This document shows positions 55,644-63,700 of a stretch of DNA of 64,000 bases, piece by piece; position 1 is the stretch's first letter, and each line of letters opens with the position of its first letter. Source of the DNA: Dethiobacter alkaliphilus (GTDB lineage Bacteria; Bacillota; Dethiobacteria; DTU022; UBA8154); the NCBI GenBank assembly GCA_016841605.1, contig JAENYV010000001.1, positions 165,553 to 229,552 on the forward strand, written 5' to 3'. Made by a program: the position numbers and the translations under genes. The notes beneath the pieces are model-generated. The model saw nothing but the letters and a program-made list of their open reading frames with translations. It was not told the origin of the DNA and ran no database searches.

Positions 55644-57122
55644 ATGCAAGCTGATAAAAGGAAAGGGGAGACACCCCCGGCATATCCGCCGGAATCTTCT
55701 CAGTTAAAGAGATGGATTTACAGGTCCATGATGATTGTCCTGGGTATGTTAATGCTGGTAAGTATGTTTTACATGCCGTTGCCCGCGGTTGTCCATGCCG
55801 CGACGGACTCGCTGGAAATTACCGGAGACGGGGTGACGGACCCGCTGACCCTGACCCTGACCCAGTTAGAGGAAATGGAGCAATACCAGTATACATACAG
55901 TTGTATTAACACGTGGCCTACCAAAAAATGGTATGTAGGTAAAGGAGTTAAATTGAGCGATCTGCTCGCCAGGGCGGGGATGACCGATGAGGCCAGGCTG
56001 CTTAAATTTACGGCTGTCGACGGTTACACAGTGACGCTTACGGTCAAGGAACTGTTAAAAGATAAGCGTTATCGTTTTCCCAATTTCAAGAGCGGTGGCG
56101 GCGATGGTGACGGGCATACTCCGGGCGATCCTTCGGGTCAGGTGGAGGTAGTGACGATTATCGGCCTGGTCAGCGTCGAAGGCAGCGATAATCCCCAGTA
56201 TATGAACGATCTGAATACTTTGCTGTTGATGCTGGGGCAGCGTGCTGTAACTGAGCAGACAGGAAACCTTTTCGTTAAATATCTGAACAAGATCGAAGTA
56301 CTTACGGACGAGCCGGAAAAATGGGATGCACCGCAGGCCAATCCGGACAGTAGCACAGTGCCCGCGGGAACCATGGTGACACTGAGCAATCTCCACAATG
56401 ATGACGACAAAATTTATTATACCACGGACGGCAGTGAGCCGACCCGGAACAGCCCCATGTATAACTGGATTGCCAAGCGCTGGTGGTCATCACGGGCGGA
56501 TGTACTGGGAACCATCAATCACCCTATCGGACCCATTGAGAAAGATACAATCATCAAGGCGGTTACCATCGGACCCGGTAAAGCGGACAGCGATGTCGTT
56601 ACCTTCAAATATCAGGTTTCCGGGGCTGAGCCGGACAACGGGACATCAACGTCAACAGTCACACCCGGTCCGGAAGAGTCTGAGACAACAGAAGAACACG
56701 GGACAGATGAAATGAAAGGCGAAGTACCCGGGAAACCGTCGCAAAAAATTATCAAGCTTGCCATTGACCGGATGGAAGCGGATATTGACGGCAATACCTG
56801 CGCTCTGGAGGCAGCACCTTATCTCAACACCGAGGTCGGTCGTGTCCTGGTTCCGGTACGGTTTGTCAGCGAAGCCCTGGGTGCCGGAGTTAATTGGAAC
56901 CCGGAAAAAGGACAGATAACCGTCACCGATGAAGGAAAAGAAATTCTCCTGACCCTCGGTTCCGGCAATGTTCAGATCAACGGTATACCGCAGGCCGTTG
57001 ATTGTGTTCCGGTTACACTCCCGCCCGGCCGTACTTTTATCCCCCTCCGCTTTGTGAGTGAGACCCTTGGAGCGAAGGTGGGCTACAAAGCAGAGACCGG
57101 AGAGATCACCATCACAAGATAG
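55644..57122 (+). CDS. Secreted protein: sulfite-oxidase-fold domain (Cys retained) + CHB_HEX_C + copper-amine-oxidase-N-terminal-like cell-wall domain
   Basis: Signal peptide and YSCINTWPTKKWYVGKGVKLSDLL. The C-terminus (VLVPVRFVSEALGAGVNWNPEKGQITVT...FIPLRFVSETLGAKVGY) matches the Cu_amine_oxidN1 domain used as a wall anchor in Clostridia. Confidence 0.75.
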   Translation: MQADKRKGETPPAYPPESSQLKRWIYRSMMIVLGMLMLVSMFYMPLPAVVHAATDSLEITGDGVTDPLTLTLTQLEEMEQYQYTYSCINTWPTKKWYVGKGVKLSDLLARAGMTDEARLLKFTAVDGYTVTLTVKELLKDKRYRFPNFKSGGGDGDGHTPGDPSGQVEVVTIIGLVSVEGSDNPQYMNDLNTLLLMLGQRAVTEQTGNLFVKYLNKIEVLTDEPEKWDAPQANPDSSTVPAGTMVTLSNLHNDDDKIYYTTDGSEPTRNSPMYNWIAKRWWSSRADVLGTINHPIGPIEKDTIIKAVTIGPGKADSDVVTFKYQVSGAEPDNGTSTSTVTPGPEESETTEEHGTDEMKGEVPGKPSQKIIKLAIDRMEADIDGNTCALEAAPYLNTEVGRVLVPVRFVSEALGAGVNWNPEKGQITVTDEGKEILLTLGSGNVQINGIPQAVDCVPVTLPPGRTFIPLRFVSETLGAKVGYKAETGEITITR

Positions 57123-57241
57123 TTCTTTCTTACAATCAGGCCTTAACACTGCCAGAGCCGTTTGACGTAGTGAATACGGCTCTGGCCTAGAAAACGGCTG
57201 TATTTGGGCAATATCCATGGTGACTGAAACATACGCTTTAT

Positions 57242-57303
57242 GTTGACAACTTTTTGTTGACACCCCTTGTTTTTCCTATATAATTTAGTTGATTGGTAAA
57301 AAA
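57242..57303 (+). promoter_or_regulatory. Promoter/leader module copy C (two TTGACA, TATAAT, TGGTAAAAAAG box)
   Basis: TTGACA at 57242 and 57256. TATAAT at about 57278-57283. Box at 57293-57303. Confidence 0.65.
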
Positions 57304-57420
57304 GCCAACTTTTTGCAGTAATATTAAATACAAACCGGTCAATTGTTATTTTAACAGGCACAATTAAGCATGAAGGGGTTTTTTTACGCACATTATGTCT
57401 GAATTGGCATATTGATGGCA

Positions 57421-57745
57421 CTTAAACGGAAAACATTCGCCTTCGAGGAGAGATGTTCGCAGGGACCATGGTGGAATTGAGTTCTCTTGAGGCCTTGATG
57501 GATAGTCTGTTGAAGGTAGTTTTTCCGTGGACGGGGGATGGGAGCATAAGGCAATGCTTAAAGCTTCTGATGAGGATAATCCTCCGGATAAACTGACGAC
57601 ATCGTGAAAATTATGTCGGTAGTTGTTTGCAGTAGTATTTGCATCGGCTATTTATTGTTAGGAAGATCCCGGCCTGGCAGAGAGCTCAGTAGTTTAAAAT
57701 TATTGGACGGGAGGTGACATAAGTCCCGGAGATACGTATCGTTCA
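57421..57745 (+). pseudogene. Decayed remnants of a second exbB 3' end/exbD copy
   Basis: 57470-57600 shows nucleotide similarity to the 55240-55380 exbB/exbD junction (gagttctcttgaggccttgatggatagtctgttgaaggt vs gagtaatctggaggccttaatggagagcctattggaggt). 57690-57740 shows similarity to the exbD interior (ggacgggaggtgacataagtcccggagatacgt vs ggacgggaggtgacggaagtcccggagttacgt). No intact ORF remains. Confidence 0.5.
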
Positions 57746-57783
57746 AGAAGAAGAAAATCAAGTATTAAAGGAGTGTATGCTCA

Positions 57784-60700
57784 ATGCAAACAGTAAAAAA
57801 AAGATGGTGGTACAGGCTTGTACCATCCATCCTGAGTGTGCTGATGATCGTCTGTTCGTTCGGCATGGCGGCACCTGCGGCTGTTTATGCTGTGGACGAT
57901 ATTGAACCTCCTGCCTGGCCGGCAGAGAGCGAATTAACCGCGGATGTCTGCGGCAGCAGTGTGACCTTGAGCTGGCCTGCGGCAACCGATAACGTAGGGG
58001 TTGTCTGCTACGAGGTTTATAAAAACGACGGTCTCATTGATACGGTGACCGGTGCCACTCAGAGAAGCTGCACTGTCTCCGGACTCGATCCTTCTGTCTA
58101 CACCTTCGGCGTACAGGCTGTGGATGACGCCGGCAATCACAGCGAAGCCTTAACGGCCGACGCCACCGTAGAAGCCGTTGCCCTTACAGTTACCGGAGAC
58201 GGTGTAGAGACTCCCATGACCTTTAGCATGACCGATCTACAGGAAATGGAACAGTACCAGCATTTGTACAGTTCAATTAACACCTGGCCCACCAAAAAAT
58301 GGTATGCCGGAGAGGGCGTCAAGCTGACGGACCTTTTAGCCTCCGCCGGAATTAAGGATGAAGCCACGCTGATTACCGTAAAAGCAACTGATGGTTATAG
58401 AATGACGTTTACCCGTCAAGAACTGGTGGAGGACCCCCGCTATTATTATCCGGGTTTGAGAGAAAATGCGGAATATGACGGATCTATACCGGGCTCTCCG
58501 GAGGGGGCGCAGCAGGTGGAGACCATCATAGCACTGCGCAGCGCACAAAGCAATAGCTTAGCAAATATGAATACATCCGATGCTCTGCATTTGCTGATGG
58601 GGCAGAGGTGGGTTACCGAACAAACCAACAACGCGTTTGTGAAACATACCGGGACAATTGAAGTCTCTACTGAGGCCCCGGAAAAATGGGCAAATCCCAT
58701 CGCAGATCCGCCGTCCGGGATTGTGCCCGCGGGGACCGGGGTAATTTTTGACCCTGTCAATATAAATGACATGGACGGGGCCAATTTCCATTATACCACG
58801 GACGGCAGTGATCCTACTTTTGAGAGTCCCATGTATAACTGGATTAAATACCGGTGGTGGTTTAATCGCCCTGACGACCTGCCGATTATAAACCATCCCA
58901 TTAACGTAGACAAAAGTATGACAATTAAAGCGGTGGCTATCGGTTTTGGCAGGGAGGATAGCGATATCCTTACTTTCAATTACCAGGTTCCTCTGCTCAT
59001 TGACACCGGTAATCCTGCCAATGCAACCGAGAACGAAGCCTATGCGGGTCATACCTTTATAGCGGCAGGCGGAGTAGAACCGTACAGTTTTGCGGTAACT
59101 GAGGGAACACTGCCGGCAGGTATGGAACTGAACGGTGCGATATTGGAAGGAACACCGACGGCAAGCGGGACATCTGTTTTCACTGTAACCGTAACCGACA
59201 GTGCAAATCCTGCGAATACAGGCAGCCATGAGTTTACCATGGTGGTAGACGAAGCGGGCGCAGCACCGCCGGCCTTGACCGCCGATACTAGCGATAACAA
59301 AGTCGGACAGGCCATAGATATCACCTTTACCGACGATGCGGCCTGGCGGGCGGCTGTCGGCGGAATAAAAGTCAATGATACTGATTTAAACGGCGAGCAG
59401 TATACACTTGGCGAAGGTAACATCAATATTATTGCCGACGTATTCACCGCTGCCGGTGATTACGTAATTACGGTCCAGGCAACGGGATATGTCGATGCCG
59501 CAGTAACCCAGACCGTAACAGTTGCATCTTCGGACCCGGACGATTTTTATGTATACCAGGGTATATTGGTAGCATACTACGGTTCCGGTGGTGATGTGAT
59601 CATTCCGGATAATTTAGATATAACCGGCATTGGGGGGAGTGCGTTTAGTAATTTAACCAGCCTGACCTCCATAAGCATCCCCGAAGGAGTCACCAGCATT
59701 GACAATAGTGCCTTTCGTGACTGCAGCAACCTGGTTTCAGCCGTCATTCCCGGCACCATTACCAGCATTGGAAACGGTATTTTTTATGATTGCAGCAGCC
59801 TGACTTCGGTCACTATCTTCGAAGGAGTCACCGGCATTGGAGAGCAAATGTTTCGAAATTGTACCAGTCTGGCCTCGCTAACTATCCCCAATAGCGTTAC
59901 CGGTATTGGAGAAAATGCCTTTCTCGACTGCAGCGGCTTGACCTCGCTAACTATCCCCGGCAGCGTTACCGACATTGGCGAAGGTGCCTTTAGAGGTTGC
60001 AGCGGCCTGACTTCGCTAAGTATCCCCGGCAGCGTTACCAGTATGGGAAGGTATGCCTTTCGCGATTGCACTAGCCTGACCTCAGTTACTATCTCTGAAG
60101 GTGTTACCGACATTGGAGAGGATGCTTTTAACGGTTGTAGCGGTCTGACTTCGATAGCTATCCCCGGCAGTGTTACCGGCATTGGAGAAAGTGCCTTTAG
60201 CGGTTGCAGCGGCCTGACTTCAGTCACTATCTCTGAAGGTGTTATTAGCATTGGAGAAGATGCTTTTAGCGGTTGCAGCGGCCTGACTTCAGTTACTATT
60301 CCCGGTAGTGTCACCAGTATTGGAACTAGTGTCTTTAATGTGTGTACCAGTTTGACAACAATTAATGTAAATCCAAGTAACCTCAATTATACCGGTGATG
60401 GTGGGGTATTGTTCAATAAGCTTTTAACAGTACTTGAATGCTATCCGGCTGGAAAAACAGGGGAATATATTGTGCCTGACGGCGTTGAAGCTATTGGCGA
60501 AAGTGCTTTTTCTTCTTGCATCAACCTGGGCTCGCTAGTTTTTCCCGATAGTGTCACCAGCATTGGAGAGTATGCCTTCCGTAACTGTAGCGGCCTGACT
60601 GCGGTTACTATTCCCGGCAGCGTTACCAGTATGGGAAGATATGCTTTTAGAGGTTGCAGCGGCCTGACTTCACTTACTATCTCCGAAGGAGTCACCAGCA

Positions 60701-63700
60701 TTGGAGAGTATGCCTTCCGTGACTGTAGCGGCCTGACTGCGGTTACTATTCCCGGCACTATCACCAGCTTTGAGGATGATGCCTTCCAAGACTGCACTAG
60801 CCTGACTTCGGTCACTATTTCTGAAGGAGTTACCAGCATTGGGAGTGGTGCCTTCAATGGCTGCACTAGCCTGACCACGGTAACTATCCCCAACAGCGTT
60901 ATCAGCATTCAATCTAATGCATTTTCCGGCTGCAGCAGCCTGAATTCGGTAACTATCCCCAACAGCGTCACCATCATTGATACTTATGCGTTTTATGGCT
61001 GCAGTAACCTGAGTTCGTTTACTATCCCTGAAGGTGTCACCGGTATTGGAAGAGCTACGTTTTCCGGCTGCAGCAGCCTGAATTACGTAACTATCCCCGA
61101 AAGCGTTACCATCATTGACAGGGATGCCTTTAAAGACTGCGTCAGTCTGACTTTTATAAATATCCCCGATAACGTCACCAGCATAGGGAGATCTGCCTTT
61201 CAAGGTTGCACCGGCTTTAGTTTGGTTACTATTCCCGGTAGCGTCACCAGTATTGATAGAGATGCCTTTTCCGGATGCAGTAATTTAACATCCATAAATA
61301 TTCCCGAAAGCGTTACCACTATTGGAAGTAATGTGTTCAGCGGATGCAGTAGCTTAACCGTATACGGTTATGACGGTTCCTATGCGCAGAGCTATGCCTC
61401 CGACAATAGTATTCCCTTTGAAGTTATCAGCGGAGCGTTCGCACCGGTCTTGACCCCCGATACTAGCGATAACAAAGTCGGACAGGCCATAGATATCACC
61501 TTTACCGACGATGCGGCCTGGCGGGCGGCTGTCGGCGGAATAAAAGTCAATGATACTGATTTAAACGGCGAGCAGTATACACTTGGCGAAGGTAACATCA
61601 ATATTATTGCCGACGTATTCACCGCTGCCGGTGATTACGTAATTACGGTCCAGGCAACGGGATATACCGATGCCGTAGTAATCCAGACCGTAACAGTTGC
61701 ATCTTCGGACCCGGACGATTTTGTAGTAAACGAGGGTATTCTGTCAGCATACCAGGGTTCCGGCGGTGATGTGATCATTCCGGATAATCTGGGTATAACC
61801 GGCATTGGGGAAGCTGTGTTTGAAAATTTAATAAGCCTCACTTCGATAATTATTCCCGAAGGAGTTACCACCATTGGAGCCAGCGCCTTTCGTGGCTGCA
61901 GCAACCTGGGCTCCATAACTATTCCCGCCGGCGTTACCAGTATTGGAATTGGCGCTATTCGTGATTGCAGCAGTCTGACCTCGGTAACGATTCCCGAAGG
62001 GGTTGAGGATATCGGAAGCTATGCCTTCAGAGGTAGCAACCTGAGCTCCATAACTATTCCCGGCAGTGTCGCCGGTATTGGGAATAGTGCTTTTCGTGAG
62101 TGCAGCAACTTAAGTTCGGTGATCCTCTCCGAAGGAGTTAGCACCATGGGAACTTATGTCTTTAGCGAGTGCACTAGCCTGAGCTCCATAACTATTCCCG
62201 GCAGCGTTACCAGTATTGGAAGTCGCATGTTCAACGGTTGCAGCAGCCTGACCTCGGTAACCCTCTCCGAAGGGGTTGAGGAGATTGGAACTTATGTATT
62301 CTGGAATTGCAGCAGTCTGAGTTCCATAAGTATCCCCGGCAGCGTTACGAGCATTGGCAATTCAGCCTTTGGCGGCTGCACCGGCCTGATCTCCGTTATT
62401 ATTCCCGACAGCATTACCAGTCTGGGAACTAGCATCTTCAGCGGTTGCAGCAATTTGACAGAAGTAACTCTTCCCGACAACCTTACCGGTTTACCGAATA
62501 GTTTGTTTAAAGACTGCAGCAGCCTGATCACAGTAAATATCCCGGAAAGCGTTACGAGCATTGGAGACAGTGTCTTTTCCGGCTGCAGCAGCCTGACTTC
62601 CATAAATATTCCCGATAGTGTTACCTCTATATTGGGCAGTGCCTTTTATAATTGCAGCAGCCTGACTTCTATAAATATTCCTGACAACATTACCGATATT
62701 GCAGGATATCTGTTTTACAATTGTACCAGTCTAGTTTCCATAACCATCCCGGACAATGTTACCGGTATAGGATTTTATGCTTTTAAAAATTGCACCAATT
62801 TAAGCTCCATTATCATCCCCAGTAGTGTCAGCAACATTGCAAATGATGCTTTTCAAGAGTGCAGTAGCTTAACCATATACGGTTATGAAGGCTCTTATGC
62901 GCAGAGCTATGCCTCTGCCAACAGTATTCCTTTTGTAGCGATAGATCCCGTAATCTGGTATGTTGATGACTCCGGCAGCGCCGACTTTACCGCCATACAG
63001 GCAGCCGTGACAGCTGCCGACGCCGGTGATACCATCATTGTAAAAGACGGTACCTATACTGAGAACGTGGTTGTGGATAAAAGTCTGGTTATTCAGTCCG
63101 AAAACGGGGCGGAGCTGACTATTGTCCGGGCGGCCGCTTCAAATGCCGATGTCTTCAAGGTGACAGCAGAGAACGTTACCATTGACGGCTTTAGCATAAC
63201 CGGAGCAACGTCAATGGGGAAATCAGGTATTGCAGTCTTTGGTTCGACCAGTGGCTCCTGCACTATTATTAATAATCAGTGCAGCGAGAACAATCAAGGA
63301 ATAACCATTGAAGCACTGACAACAGATAATACGGTTGCCGATAACATCTGTACTCTCAGTGGCAGATACGGCATTTATCTGTCAAACACAACCGGCAACA
63401 TCATAACCGGTAACACTTGCTCAAACAACACGGCTAGCTCCGGTTTTGCTCTCTATCTGGCGGATAATGCTGATAATAATACTGTTAATGATAACATCAC
63501 AGACTCAAATAACATCGGTATACGGGTTAAAAACGCAGACTCTAATTTGCTCTTTAACAACACCTCCTCAAACAATAACTACGGCCTGGAAATTGCCACC
63601 GGCTCTCTAGACAATGTTTTTTACCTGAACAATTTTGTGGGAAATACCAGTAGTCAGTTATCCCTGGGGTACGGTGCGGTGGCCGGTAATTTCTGGAACT

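Noticed and set aside
59577-62603. Series of minus-strand ORFs (63-200 aa) rich in LVTPSGI/VRPLQP repeats
   Set aside because: They are antisense translations of the LRR-encoding tandem repeats of the giant + strand gene. Their periodicity mirrors the sense repeats. They are not genes.
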